DNA of 64,000 nt from Oceanospirillaceae bacterium (GTDB lineage Bacteria > Pseudomonadota > Gammaproteobacteria > Pseudomonadales > Balneatricaceae): positions 19,439 to 83,438 of the forward strand of contig JAIBDW010000001.1 in the NCBI GenBank assembly GCA_024686035.1. Reading direction: 5' to 3'. The notes beneath the pieces are model-generated. The model did not search any database and was not told the DNA's origin. It saw only the letters and a list, made by a program, of their open reading frames with translations. Positions 20,418-31,075 of the stretch are shown piece by piece; position 1 is the stretch's first letter, and each line of letters starts with the position of its first letter. The translations under genes were made by a program, and so were the position numbers.

Positions 20418-20447
20418 AGTGTCGCAATTATTTTAAGGGCCCAATGC

Positions 20448-21761
20448 ATGACTAAGATAGCCACCATAGAGTATGTCCAACGACGCGCCGCTTTATTGCA
20501 GCAGTTACCTGTGGGCGCTGTGGTCGTCATCCATTGTGCAGCCGCACAAATTCGTAATGGTGATGTGGAGCAGGACTACCGACAAAATAGCAGTTTTTAC
20601 TATTTATCTGGCATGGTAGAACCACACACGACACTGGTTTTAGTAAACAGCGTGGATGGCCCACGAAGCATTATTTTTTGCCGCAGCAAAGACAAATTAC
20701 AAGAAATTTGGCATGGTCGCCGCCTAGGTGTGGATGCTGCTCCAGAAGCCTTGATGGTTGATGAAGCTTATGTGAGTGAAACTTTGCCGCAACAGCTTGT
20801 GGAGTTGTTAGATGGTGCAACTCAAGTGGTTTATCGCTTTAGCCAAGATGAAAGCATTGAGTTGGTGCAGCAAAGCCTTGTCAAGCTTCGCCGTTTGTCA
20901 CGCCAAGGAAAAGTATGTCCTACACAGTTAGTAGACCTTGACCCGGTATTAGATGCGATGCGACTGATTAAGTCAGTCGCTGAAATAGAGCAAATGACAC
21001 AGGCGTGTAATATCAGTGTGGCGGCTCATAAAAGAGCAATGAGACAATGTAAAGTAGGCATGTACGAATACCAATTGGCTGCAGAATTACATCACCAATT
21101 TTCTGTGCAAGGCAGTCAGCGAGTCGCGTATGGCTCTATCGTTGCTGGTGGTGACAATGCGTGTATTTTACATTACACAAATAATGACCAACGCTTACAA
21201 GATGGTGATTTAGTCTTAATTGATGCAGGGTGTGAATTGGATCATTATGCTTCAGATATCACCCGGACATTTCCAGTCAATGGACACTTTAGTGAGCCAC
21301 AAAAAATCATCTATCAGATTGTTCTCGCAGCCCACGAAGCCGCTCTAGCGTGTATTAAGCCAGGTGCTGTATACACAGACATGCAAGATGCAGCAGTGAC
21401 AGTGATGGTCCAAGGGTTGATCAATATTGGTTTGTTGAGTGGGACCCTTGAGGCTAATATTGAAGACCAAAGCTACCGTCAATTCTACATGCACAATATA
21501 GGCCATTGGCTTGGAATGGATGTGCATGATGTGGGTGCTTATAAGGCAGGTGGAGAATCTCGGCCTCTTCTGCCTGGCATGATCACCACCGTAGAGCCTG
21601 GTATTTATATTGATCCAGAGGACATGACGATTGCTTCGCAATGGCGTGGTATTGGAGTGCGTATTGAGGATAATATATTGGTGACAGAAGCAGGCTACCG
21701 AAATCTGACTGGTGACTTGCCTGTGAGTGTGGCAGACATTGAACGCTTGATGGCTAGCTGA
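20448..21761 (+). CDS. pepP: Xaa-Pro aminopeptidase
   Basis: ILHY, LIDAGCE, ASDITRTFP, HNIGHWLGMDVHD, TVEPGIY and GVRIEDN. Confidence 0.97.
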   Translation: MTKIATIEYVQRRAALLQQLPVGAVVVIHCAAAQIRNGDVEQDYRQNSSFYYLSGMVEPHTTLVLVNSVDGPRSIIFCRSKDKLQEIWHGRRLGVDAAPEALMVDEAYVSETLPQQLVELLDGATQVVYRFSQDESIELVQQSLVKLRRLSRQGKVCPTQLVDLDPVLDAMRLIKSVAEIEQMTQACNISVAAHKRAMRQCKVGMYEYQLAAELHHQFSVQGSQRVAYGSIVAGGDNACILHYTNNDQRLQDGDLVLIDAGCELDHYASDITRTFPVNGHFSEPQKIIYQIVLAAHEAALACIKPGAVYTDMQDAAVTVMVQGLINIGLLSGTLEANIEDQSYRQFYMHNIGHWLGMDVHDVGAYKAGGESRPLLPGMITTVEPGIYIDPEDMTIASQWRGIGVRIEDNILVTEAGYRNLTGDLPVSVADIERLMAS

Positions 21762-23125
21762 TGAGTGCAGAACAAGATCAAGGCTCAGGTGGGGCTCAGG
21801 CAACTAAGCATTACGACATTGTGATTGTAGGTGGTGGGCTAGTAGGTGCAAGCTTGTGTCTGGCGCTTGCTGGTATTGCAAAAGCCTATGGCTTATCCAT
21901 TGCCATACTTGATGCTGCCCCCATTGATACCTCATTCCTTGATAGCGCTCGTATCGACACAACCACCACCAATACCTCAGGCGTATTGGATGGGCGCGCA
22001 ACCGCGCTGGCTCTTGGAAGTCGCAATTTATTAAATAGCATAGGCTTGTGGGACTACTTAGAGCCTCATGCGCAAGTCATTAGTAAGATTCAAGTGAGTG
22101 ACCAAGGTCAACCTTATAAGAGTGATATGCTCGCTGATGAGATGCGACGAGAAGCACTGGGATATGTATTACAAAACCAAACCATGGGCCAGGTCTTCTT
22201 AGAGCAAATTATAAAGCGGTGTAGTGATTACGTAGATCTTATCGATCAAGCTCAAGTCATATCTATTGATAATGCGCGACAAGACAGCCATCTTGTGTAT
22301 CAGCGTTTTGGAACCAGCGGTTTCATTACCGCACAGCTTATAGTGATGGCAGATGGTGGTCGATCGGCGCTACGCCAAAAACTGGGTATGTTTGATCAAG
22401 TGCATCATTACGATCAAGTGGCGTTAGTTGCTAATGTAGAGCTAGACCAAGGCCATCAAGGCTTGGCGTGTGAGCGGTTCACTGCGTCTGGCCCATTAGC
22501 CTTACTACCTTTGCCCAGTATCGATGGTAAGTTTCGTGCTGCTCTGGTGTGGACGCAGCCCATTACCCGTCAAAATGAATTGCAACAGCTCAGTGATGAA
22601 CAATTACTACAAGAAATCCAGCTCCAACTAGGCTACCCAATGGGCAAACTTCTTGCCATTGGCGATCGTCAGGTTTATCCGCTGGCCTTAAGCGTTGCTT
22701 TAGAACAGGCAAGGCAAGGTTTGGCTGTGGTTGGTAATGCCGCCCACACTTTACACCCTATTGCAGGCCAAGGGTTTAACTTAAGTCTGCGTAGTAATTT
22801 TGCATTAGCACAATCTGTGCTTAAAGCATGTAAGCAGGGTATCCCCCTTGGTGACTTAGTTAATTTAAATGAGTTTGTTGCAGCTAGTGGCTGGGATAAA
22901 GACCGTGTTATTAGTGCGAGTGATAAGGTCATGAAGCTGTTTTCCAATAAAAAAGTCCATTACAGCGTATTACGACAATTAGGGTTATTAACCATGGCCC
23001 AGATACCTTTAGTGAGACGAGTATTTACCCGCGCAGCGATGGGTTTAGATGTGCCTTTGGCACAGGTGCTTGCCATGCCTGCTATTAACGCTGAACGCTT
23101 AAGCAGCAGTGAGAAAACACTGTGA
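21761..23125 (+). CDS. ubiH: 2-octaprenyl-6-methoxyphenol hydroxylase
   Basis: IVGGGLVG, ADGGRS, ERFTASGPLALLP and GNAAHTLHPIAGQGFNL (the Asn variant typical of UbiH); follows pepP. Confidence 0.88.
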   Translation: MSAEQDQGSGGAQATKHYDIVIVGGGLVGASLCLALAGIAKAYGLSIAILDAAPIDTSFLDSARIDTTTTNTSGVLDGRATALALGSRNLLNSIGLWDYLEPHAQVISKIQVSDQGQPYKSDMLADEMRREALGYVLQNQTMGQVFLEQIIKRCSDYVDLIDQAQVISIDNARQDSHLVYQRFGTSGFITAQLIVMADGGRSALRQKLGMFDQVHHYDQVALVANVELDQGHQGLACERFTASGPLALLPLPSIDGKFRAALVWTQPITRQNELQQLSDEQLLQEIQLQLGYPMGKLLAIGDRQVYPLALSVALEQARQGLAVVGNAAHTLHPIAGQGFNLSLRSNFALAQSVLKACKQGIPLGDLVNLNEFVAASGWDKDRVISASDKVMKLFSNKKVHYSVLRQLGLLTMAQIPLVRRVFTRAAMGLDVPLAQVLAMPAINAERLSSSEKTL

Positions 23126-24369
23126 GTCAGTTTGATGTAGCGATCGTCGGTGCGGGTATGGTGGGTGCTAGCCTTGCCTGCGGTCTTATTGATGCAGGCT
23201 TTAAAGTGGCGTTAATCGAGTCTGGTGAATTAAACACATCACAAGATTGGCCGTCACAGCAAGTGGATGCTCGCGTTTGTGCCTTGAGTTTGGCGTCTGA
23301 AAATTTACTAAAAAACTTGCAAGTTTGGCCGGTCATAGAAAATATGGCGCGTTTGCAGGCTTATGGCGCGATGCATGTATGGGATGCTTGTGGTACCGGC
23401 AAACTCCATTTTACTGCTGCCGAACAGCACCTGCCTTATTTGGGGTATATTGCTGAAAACCGAACCATTACTTCAGCGCTGCACCAAACTCTAGCGCATA
23501 AAAACTATCAATTGTTCGAACATGCTCAAGTAGTGGATATGTCACCTGAAGAGGTTTCGCCACGTACGCTAACACTTGGTAGTGGTGCACAAATCACGGC
23601 AACTATTGTAGTGGGGGCAGATGGGGCTAACTCTAAAGTTAGACAGCTTGCTGGACTACCCACCAGAGAATGGGATTATCCGCATCACGCCTTGATTACT
23701 CGAGTACAAGTAAGTAGAGCTCATCAAAGTACCGCATGGCAGCGCTTCACTGAAGACGGAATATTAGCCTTTTTACCACTGCTAAGTGCGACTGAAAAAG
23801 GCGTAGATCACCATTATTGCTCCATAGTGTGGTCGCAGCCTAAAGCGCAAGCGCAAGCCATGCAAGAGCTGCCTGAAAGTGAATTTTGCCTTGCTTTAAC
23901 AGGTGCTTTTGAGGGGCGTTTAGGCGATGTGATCGCCAGCGATGAGCGTCACGTTATACCGCTTAGGCAACGTCATGCCAAGCGTTATGTTCAAAATGGG
24001 CTAGTGCTAGTAGGTGATGCTGCTCACACGATACATCCATTAGCTGGTCAAGGAGTGAATCTTGGATTGCTTGATGTCTCAGCTTTAGTAGACACGTTAC
24101 AACAGGCACGCAAGCACGGTGATGATATTGCCAGCATCTTGGTATTAGAGAAATACCAAAGCCAAAGGCGCAATGACAATTTACGCATGATGGCCTTGAT
24201 GGAAAGTTTTTCACGATTGTTTGGTAATCAGCATCCAATGCTAAGTTTACTGCGCAATACAGGTATGAATTGGGTACAAAATTTAACCCCCATTAAACAA
24301 CATTTAGCGCAACAGGCGATGGGTGTAGGTGCACACCTGCCGCCCTTGTCACAAGCGCCAAAACTCTAA
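23122..24369 (+). CDS. ubiI: UbiH/UbiF/VisC family FAD-dependent hydroxylase (probable UbiI)
   Basis: [18 protein letters not shown] and [18 protein letters not shown]; directly after ubiH as in E. coli. Confidence 0.75.
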   Translation: MSQFDVAIVGAGMVGASLACGLIDAGFKVALIESGELNTSQDWPSQQVDARVCALSLASENLLKNLQVWPVIENMARLQAYGAMHVWDACGTGKLHFTAAEQHLPYLGYIAENRTITSALHQTLAHKNYQLFEHAQVVDMSPEEVSPRTLTLGSGAQITATIVVGADGANSKVRQLAGLPTREWDYPHHALITRVQVSRAHQSTAWQRFTEDGILAFLPLLSATEKGVDHHYCSIVWSQPKAQAQAMQELPESEFCLALTGAFEGRLGDVIASDERHVIPLRQRHAKRYVQNGLVLVGDAAHTIHPLAGQGVNLGLLDVSALVDTLQQARKHGDDIASILVLEKYQSQRRNDNLRMMALMESFSRLFGNQHPMLSLLRNTGMNWVQNLTPIKQHLAQQAMGVGAHLPPLSQAPKL

Positions 24370-24391
24370 CAACACATTTAAGGACACGATT

Positions 24392-24778
24392 ATGAGTAAT
24401 TTACCCCAAGGCTTAAGCTACGTTGAAAGCCATGAATGGATCCGCAATGAAGGCGACGGTATCGTCACTATCGGCGTAACCGACTTTGCCCAAGAGCAGC
24501 TAGGCGATGTGGTCTTTGTTGAATTGCCAGAAGTGGGTACAGATCTTGTGGCTGCAGATGAATTTGGGGTGATCGAATCAGTTAAGGCTGCATCAGACCT
24601 TTTTGCCCCTGTTTCTGGTGAAGTTATTGCCATCAATGAGCAGCTGGCCGATGATCCAGAACTTGTCAATACCGACCCTTATGGCGATGCGTGGTTGCTA
24701 CAAATCCGTTTATCCGATGCAGAAGAGTTAGAGCATCTGTTAGACGCAGACGCTTATAGCCAACTGTGTGAAGAATAA
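24392..24778 (+). CDS. gcvH: Glycine cleavage system H protein
   Basis: [23 protein letters not shown], lipoyl-Lys motif [19 protein letters not shown]; ATG 24392. Confidence 0.96.
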   Translation: MSNLPQGLSYVESHEWIRNEGDGIVTIGVTDFAQEQLGDVVFVELPEVGTDLVAADEFGVIESVKAASDLFAPVSGEVIAINEQLADDPELVNTDPYGDAWLLQIRLSDAEELEHLLDADAYSQLCEE

Positions 24779-25969
24779 ATGCCAGATCTAATTTTAAAAC
24801 CAAAGTCAGATCGTCGCTTACGCCAAGGCCATTTGTGGATTTATAGCAACGAAGTCGATGTGGTTAAATCCCCTCTTCAAAGCTTTGCGGCTGGAGAACA
24901 AGTGAATGTATTGGATGCGAAGGGTAAAGGCTTAGGCACGGCTATAATTAACCCAAAACAGCTTATTTGTGGTCGTTTAGTCAGCCGTAAAGTTGATGAG
25001 CCGCTTACCAAAGAACGCTTAACTAGCCGATTAGAATCAGCCTTAGTAAGTAGGGAACAATTGTTTGAAGACCATTGTTATCGTTGGGTTTATGGCGACA
25101 GTGACGGGTTGCCTGGGTTAGTCATTGATCGCTTTGATGATGTCATTGTGGTGCAGATTTCAAATGCGGGCATAGAATTATTGCTTGAGCTATTGCTTGA
25201 AGCGCTCAATGACGTGGTTCCAAAGCTTAATATTTTGCTTAAAAATGACGGCAAAATGCGTGCGATTGAAGGCTTAGAAAACTACGTGCGTGTGGCTCAA
25301 GGCGAGGTGCCAATGTTGGTTCCTCTAAAAGAAAATAATGTAAAATTTTTAGCACCCGTTTGGGAAGGTCAAAAAACGGGTTGGTTTTACGATCATCGAT
25401 TAAACCGTCGCAGAGTGCAAAAACTTTCTGCGGGTAAGCGTGTGTTAGACATGTTTAGCTACATCGGTGGTTGGGGTATTCAAGCCGCTACCGCTGGGGC
25501 CAGTGAGGTGGTTTGTGTCGATGCTTCTGCCCAAGCCTTAGAGCTAGTGCATCAGCAAGCCCAGCTAAATGGTGTTGAAGATAAAGTTCAGAGTATCAAA
25601 GGTGACGCATTTACCGCCATGAAACAGCTTCATGAAGATGGAGAACGTTTTGATATTGTGGTTATTGACCCGCCTGCCTTTATTGCTCGGCGCAAAGATA
25701 TTAAAGCGGGAGAGCTGGCTTATCAAAGGGCTAATCAGCTGGCTATGCGCCTTTTAAAGCCAGAAGGTATTTTGGTGTCTGCTTCATGCTCCATGCATTT
25801 AGAGCGTGCAAGACTGACGCAACTATTACAAGAAGCGTGTCGTAAAAATGGCCGTATGGGCCAAGTTCTAGAGCAAGGTGGCCAAGGTGGAGATCACCCA
25901 GTTCACCCAGCTATCCCAGAAACTGAATACCTCAAGTCTGTTATTCTTCGTACTTGGTATGAGCTTTGA
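24779..25969 (+). CDS. rlmI: Class I SAM-dependent rRNA methyltransferase, RlmI family
   Basis: GHLWIYSNEV (PUA-like), GQKTGWFYDHR, VLDMFSYIGGW and VIDPPAF. Confidence 0.75.
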   Translation: MPDLILKPKSDRRLRQGHLWIYSNEVDVVKSPLQSFAAGEQVNVLDAKGKGLGTAIINPKQLICGRLVSRKVDEPLTKERLTSRLESALVSREQLFEDHCYRWVYGDSDGLPGLVIDRFDDVIVVQISNAGIELLLELLLEALNDVVPKLNILLKNDGKMRAIEGLENYVRVAQGEVPMLVPLKENNVKFLAPVWEGQKTGWFYDHRLNRRRVQKLSAGKRVLDMFSYIGGWGIQAATAGASEVVCVDASAQALELVHQQAQLNGVEDKVQSIKGDAFTAMKQLHEDGERFDIVVIDPPAFIARRKDIKAGELAYQRANQLAMRLLKPEGILVSASCSMHLERARLTQLLQEACRKNGRMGQVLEQGGQGGDHPVHPAIPETEYLKSVILRTWYEL

Positions 25970-25988
25970 TAGCTTAGTGATTGGGTGA

Positions 25989-26654
25989 TTATCTTAAGCT
26001 CATCACCGTCCACCCGTGGGCAAGTGCGTGAGCTTTAAGGGTGGCATCTGGATCCACGGCAAAGGGTTCGTCTACCAGTGCCAAAAGGGGCAGATCATTG
26101 TGAGAGTCACTATAGAAGCAGGCACCGTCTATCGTTTTTTTGTGTAACGTCATCCAAGTATTAAGCTTGTCAATTTTTCCCTCCTTAAAGCAAGGTGAAC
26201 CACTTAATTTGCCAGTATAGCGGCCGTTTATGCATTCGGTAGGTGTCGCAATAAGGTGTGGTATATCTAAGTATTGAGCTATAGGGGTGGTGATAAAATC
26301 GTTAGTTGCGGTAATGATAACCAGCACATCACCTGCGTCACGGTGCTTTTTTAGCAAGGCGCCAGTTTTTGCGGCGATCATTGGAATAACGGTGGTTTGC
26401 ATAAACTTGTGGTGGATGATTTTCAGTTGTGCAGCACTGTATTGTGTTAGTGGGGCTAGTGCAAACTCTGCATAAGCCACCATGTCTAGACTGCCAGCCA
26501 GGTAATCTTGGTAGAATGCGTCATTTTTAGCGCCGTAGTCATTAGCATCAACAAGACCTTCAGACACCATGAATTGCCCCCATCCATGATCGCTATCACC
26601 AGCCAATAATGTATTGTCTAAATCAAACAAAGCGAGTCTTCCTTGCATTGGCAT
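25989..26654 (-). CDS. HAD-IB family phosphatase (possible histidinol-phosphate phosphatase)
   Basis: LALFDLDNTLLAGDSD, ITATN, K, FYSDSHNDLPLL; divergent from rppH-ptsP as in Pseudomonas, where the gene at this position is a histidinol phosphatase. Confidence 0.8.
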   Translation of the reverse strand: MPMQGRLALFDLDNTLLAGDSDHGWGQFMVSEGLVDANDYGAKNDAFYQDYLAGSLDMVAYAEFALAPLTQYSAAQLKIIHHKFMQTTVIPMIAAKTGALLKKHRDAGDVLVIITATNDFITTPIAQYLDIPHLIATPTECINGRYTGKLSGSPCFKEGKIDKLNTWMTLHKKTIDGACFYSDSHNDLPLLALVDEPFAVDPDATLKAHALAHGWTVMSLR

Positions 26655-26710
26655 ACCTGTATCAATATATATAGATTGTAGTTAGCATATTATTTTAGCT
26701 CATTTTCATC

Positions 26711-26728
26711 TGTTGTTGTTGTTGTTGT
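26711..26728. repeat. (TGT)6 trinucleotide microsatellite
   Basis: TGTTGTTGTTGTTGTTGT read directly in the divergent intergenic region. Confidence 0.95.
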
Positions 26729-26776
26729 CTGTTTTGTGGAACAATGGGGTAAATATATTTTGTATGGTGCAAAGCC

Positions 26777-27295
26777 GTGATCGATAAAGATGGTTTTCGC
26801 CCCAATGTAGGGATTATTCTGGCAAACTCCCATGGGCAAGTACTATGGGCAAAGCGATTGGGTTGGGATGCATGGCAATTCCCCCAAGGTGGCATTGATG
26901 CGCATGAGACGCCAGAACAAGCCTTATTTAGGGAGCTTAAAGAAGAAATTGGCCTATTGCCAGAGCACGTCGAGGTACTTGCTTGTACCCGTGGCTGGCT
27001 AAGATATCGTTTGCCTAAGCGAATGATTCGCCAAGGCCAGCAGCCTTTGTGTATTGGTCAAAAACAAAAATGGTTTTTGTTGCGCATGTTAGCGCCCGAT
27101 GATGCCGTTCAAACGGGCACGACTAATAGCCCAGAATTTGATGCGTGGGAGTGGGTTAGCTACTGGTATCCAGTGGATCAAGTGGTGTCATTTAAACGTG
27201 AGGTCTATCGGCGCGCAATGAAAGAGTTGTGTTTGCGACATTCACGTTTGGTTTATCATCATGGGTTGGTTGTTCCAAGCCATAGCCAAGGCTGA
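26777..27295 (+). CDS. rppH: RNA pyrophosphohydrolase
   Basis: [22 protein letters not shown], Nudix box [22 protein letters not shown]. Confidence 0.97.
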   Translation: MIDKDGFRPNVGIILANSHGQVLWAKRLGWDAWQFPQGGIDAHETPEQALFRELKEEIGLLPEHVEVLACTRGWLRYRLPKRMIRQGQQPLCIGQKQKWFLLRMLAPDDAVQTGTTNSPEFDAWEWVSYWYPVDQVVSFKREVYRRAMKELCLRHSRLVYHHGLVVPSHSQG

Positions 27296-27356
27296 GATGT
27301 TATTGTTAAGCATTGTGAATCAAGACGTTAAGTAAAAAACTATAGGTAGGAATGGA

Positions 27357-29633
27357 ATGCTGCATAGTCTGCGTAAAATAATACAAGCGGTAAGTGCTGC
27401 TGAAGATTTGCAATCGGCCCTGAAATTAGTGGTACATCAAGTTCGACGAGCCATGCGCACAGACGTGTGCTCTATATACCTATATTTCCCACAAACTGAT
27501 AATTACGTGCTTATGGCAAGTGAGGGGCTTAATCAAGCTTCTATTGGCTCAGCTTGCCTTTCTTCTGGGCAAGGTTTGGTCGGTTTGGTAGGCCTTAAAG
27601 CTGAAACCATTAACCTTAAGCAAGCTGCACAACACCCCAATTTTCATTACGTACAAGCCACAGGCGAAGAGGCCTTTAGCTCCTTTTTAGGCGTGCCTAT
27701 TATTCACCACCGTAAGGTGTTGGGTATTTTGGTGGTGCAGCAAAGTGATGAGCGCCAGTTTGATGCTGAAGAAGAAGCCGTGCTTATTACCTTGTCGGCC
27801 CAGCTTGCAGGTTTTATAGCACACGCTGAGGCCACAGGCGGCGGCTTACGGCATGATGCTTTGGCAGACGGCGAAAGCTTAGACTTGCATTATGAGGGTG
27901 TCAGTGGTTCTGGCGGCGTAGCCATTGGACACGTTGCTGTGATTGCGCCACCTGCAGATCTAGATAAAGTGCCAGATCGAAGATGCCAAGATGCAGAAAT
28001 CGAGGTTGAGTCCTTTCAAACGGCCTTAGAGGCCGTTAGACGCAAGATTAAAATAATCAGTCGTACCTTAGCGCGCAACTTAAAAAACCAAGAACAAGAG
28101 CTGTTCGAAGTGTACATGCGTATGTTGGATGACAATGCTCTTGCTGGGGAAGTCATTCAGCATATTCGCCAAGGCCAATGGGCACAGGGCTCGCTGCGCC
28201 GTGTAGTGCAGCAACATATCCGTTCCTTTGAGGCAATGGAAGACCCTTATTTACGAGAACGAGCATCTGATATAAGAGACCTTGGTCGGCGTATTTTGGC
28301 TGAATTGCAACAAACGAACACGCAAGTGCGCAAGTTTGAAGATTCAACCGTGTTAGTAGCAGAGGAAGTTACTGCTGCAATGCTAGCCGAAGTGCCAGCT
28401 GATAAGCTTAAAGCCATCGTTTCTACGTTGGGTTCGAACAACTCCCACGCAGCAATTTTGGCACGCTCCATGGGTATTCCTACCATTATGGGCGCGGTGG
28501 ATTTCCCGTACCGGCGTATGGAAGGCCAAGAGGTGGTGATTGATGGTTATATGGGGCGCATATTTCTTAACCCAAGCCAAGACTTAAGACGCCAGTATGA
28601 GCAAGCGATTGTTGATGAAGAATCATTTACCAAAGAGTTAGAGGTGTTGCGCCTTGTGCCTGCACAAACCCGTGACGGCCATACAGTGCCGCTCCTTGTG
28701 AATACCAGTTTGCCTTTAGACGTGGGCCGTTCATTGGCTCAAGGAGCTCAAGGTGTGGGTCTATACCGTACTGAAGTGCCCTTTATGACGAAGGAGCATT
28801 TTCCTTCTGAAGATGAACAAACTGAATGTTACCGCACTCAGCTAGAAGGCTTTGCGCCTCTTCCTGTGACGATGCGCACATTGGATATTGGCGGGGATAA
28901 AAACTTACCTTACTTTGCCATAAAAGAGGACAACCCCTTTTTAGGGTGGCGTGGTATTCGAGTAACATTAGACCATCCAGAAATCTTTTTGGTACAAATT
29001 CGAGCGATGCTTAAGGCCAGCGAAGGCTTAGATAACTTACGTATCATGCTGCCAATGATTACTCATGTCAGCGAGATAGATGAGTCCATTCGATGGATTG
29101 ACCAAGCGTTTTTAGAGTTATGTGAGGAAGGTTATAAGTTAGTTAGGCCTCCAATCGGCGTTATGATAGAGGTGCCTGCTGCAGTTTATCAAGCCAAACA
29201 CATCGCCTCGCGTGTGGACTTTATGTCTGTGGGAAGTAATGATTTAACGCAATATATATTGGCAGTGGACCGAGATAACCCGCGAGTAGCCGATTTGTAT
29301 CACACCATGCACCCTGCCGTGTTGATGGCTTTACAGCATGTCGTGGATGCGGCCAAATTTGCAGGCATTCCTGTGGGTTTGTGCGGCGAGCTGGCAGGTG
29401 ATCCAGCCGGTGCGTTACTGTTGATGGGCATGGGTTACGATAGCTTGTCTATGAATGCTGCAAGTCTGCCAAAAGTGAAGTCTGTCATTCGTAATTTCAG
29501 CTTAACCCAAGCTCAAAGCATGCTACAAAAAGCCCTAGCGCAAGCAGGTGCAGAAGGTGTGCAGCAGGTCATTCACGACAACCTTAAAGCGGCTGGGCTC
29601 ACGCGCCTACATAGTCGATATGTGGGCAATTAA
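27357..29633 (+). CDS. ptsP: Phosphoenolpyruvate-protein phosphotransferase EI(Ntr)
   Basis: N-terminal GAF domain, NSHAAILARS phospho-His motif, GLYRTE, RTLDIGGDK and SVGSNDLTQY. Confidence 0.97.
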   Translation: MLHSLRKIIQAVSAAEDLQSALKLVVHQVRRAMRTDVCSIYLYFPQTDNYVLMASEGLNQASIGSACLSSGQGLVGLVGLKAETINLKQAAQHPNFHYVQATGEEAFSSFLGVPIIHHRKVLGILVVQQSDERQFDAEEEAVLITLSAQLAGFIAHAEATGGGLRHDALADGESLDLHYEGVSGSGGVAIGHVAVIAPPADLDKVPDRRCQDAEIEVESFQTALEAVRRKIKIISRTLARNLKNQEQELFEVYMRMLDDNALAGEVIQHIRQGQWAQGSLRRVVQQHIRSFEAMEDPYLRERASDIRDLGRRILAELQQTNTQVRKFEDSTVLVAEEVTAAMLAEVPADKLKAIVSTLGSNNSHAAILARSMGIPTIMGAVDFPYRRMEGQEVVIDGYMGRIFLNPSQDLRRQYEQAIVDEESFTKELEVLRLVPAQTRDGHTVPLLVNTSLPLDVGRSLAQGAQGVGLYRTEVPFMTKEHFPSEDEQTECYRTQLEGFAPLPVTMRTLDIGGDKNLPYFAIKEDNPFLGWRGIRVTLDHPEIFLVQIRAMLKASEGLDNLRIMLPMITHVSEIDESIRWIDQAFLELCEEGYKLVRPPIGVMIEVPAAVYQAKHIASRVDFMSVGSNDLTQYILAVDRDNPRVADLYHTMHPAVLMALQHVVDAAKFAGIPVGLCGELAGDPAGALLLMGMGYDSLSMNAASLPKVKSVIRNFSLTQAQSMLQKALAQAGAEGVQQVIHDNLKAAGLTRLHSRYVGN

Positions 29634-30230
29634 ACTTGCAGCAATACTCCACATCATAATACCTATAAGGCCGTCTAGCACTCGCCACGCAGAAGGCTTT
29701 TTAAATAAAGGCATGAGCCACTTAGCGCCCCAAGCCAAGCCAAAAAACCATATAAAAGATGCGCTTACTGCACCTAAGCCAAACCATATTTTCTCATTGC
29801 CAACATACTGGGTACTGATTCCGCCCACTAAAACCATCGTATCTAAGTAACAATGAGGGTTGAGTAAGCTTACACTTGCAGCCACCGTAATGGCCTTGGT
29901 AAGTGAGTATTCACTTGCGCCTTCCTCCATTTTGATAGCGTGTTTACTTGTTGCTGACTTAAACGCCAAAGCCCCATAAATGAACAAGAACACAGCCCCT
30001 GCACAGGAAATCCAGAATAATAAATTGGGCTGAGCTTGAACCAAAGCGCCCACGCCAAATATACCTAAGCAGATGAGGCTGGCATCGGTCAAACTGCAAA
30101 AAAGGGCGATGGCATAATGATGCTGATTGCGCAAAGCGCGGTTCAGCAAAAAAGCATTTTGCGCCCCAATAGCAATAATTAGCCCCGCACTAAGGGCAAG
30201 GCCGTTAAGGAAAATCAAGCTTGAATTCAC
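29607..30230 (-). CDS. LysE/ArgO family amino-acid exporter
   Basis: LIIAIGAQNAF, SLLNPHCYLD and ASFIWF; GTGA overlap with the upstream gene. Confidence 0.88.
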   Translation of the reverse strand: MNSSLIFLNGLALSAGLIIAIGAQNAFLLNRALRNQHHYAIALFCSLTDASLICLGIFGVGALVQAQPNLLFWISCAGAVFLFIYGALAFKSATSKHAIKMEEGASEYSLTKAITVAASVSLLNPHCYLDTMVLVGGISTQYVGNEKIWFGLGAVSASFIWFFGLAWGAKWLMPLFKKPSAWRVLDGLIGIMMWSIAASLIAHISTM

Positions 30231-30997
30231 GCTGTCTTAGACATCCAAGTGAAGTGTTGTGTTGAAGGTGTCAAATGGTCAAAACAAGTTTCAAACACAT
30301 CTATGTTACCTAGGCGGTCATACAATACACTAATGCAAGAACGGGTTCCATAGTCATAGTCTGGTGCGTCAATAAAGCAAGAGGAAAGGCGTCTTTCCCA
30401 GTCTATAGCAATACCTGTTTTAGGTAGTCGATGATCTTGAGCGACCCTTGTGTCTGTCATTATCTGCTGCAGATTTTGATGTGTCTGAGGTTGCGCTAAA
30501 GAGTGCCTTAAATGATCTTTTACATGCGCTACTTTGGGCCAGTGACTATCTAGCGTGCCATTGCTAAGGCCATATAGCCCTGGAGGCAGTATCTTAGGTG
30601 GTTGCTGCTCATTATTGGCGCAAAAAACAAGCTCATGATTATCCCAAAGCAATAAATTAAAGCCTGCGAATTGCCCCATCTCAAGAGTATTGGCAAACGT
30701 TAGGCTTGTATCATGGCCAGATAAAAAGCGGATCACTAACTGACCCCGTGTTTCGAACCCATTAACATTATTGGAATCACTGCTGCCCTTACGGAAATTG
30801 GTGAGTGCAGCCCAGCGACCATCTTTGTGTATGCCAAGCCAGGTGCCTCCTGCATCTAGGTCTTTGCCTGCAAGTATCTCAATATCTGGCCACCAGTGCA
30901 TATTTTGAGTGGGGCGAGAAAAAAATTCATCACGATTAGCCGCCAGAATGAGGGGCCAGTCAGTATTGAGCTGGTGGGCAAAAACAATGAGGCACAT
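30227..30997 (-). CDS. NRDE / TANGO2 family protein
   Basis: N-terminal MCLI, AANRDEFFSRPT, GGTWLG, LTNFR, GLSNG and YGTRS. Confidence 0.92.
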   Translation of the reverse strand: MCLIVFAHQLNTDWPLILAANRDEFFSRPTQNMHWWPDIEILAGKDLDAGGTWLGIHKDGRWAALTNFRKGSSDSNNVNGFETRGQLVIRFLSGHDTSLTFANTLEMGQFAGFNLLLWDNHELVFCANNEQQPPKILPPGLYGLSNGTLDSHWPKVAHVKDHLRHSLAQPQTHQNLQQIMTDTRVAQDHRLPKTGIAIDWERRLSSCFIDAPDYDYGTRSCISVLYDRLGNIDVFETCFDHLTPSTQHFTWMSKTA

Positions 30998-31075
30998 ATA
31001 AATGGAGTATCCTAAACTTTGCGCTTATGGGGCTAAGCGTAGATAATAGCCTCTTTGTTAGTTAGATGTGAACGA

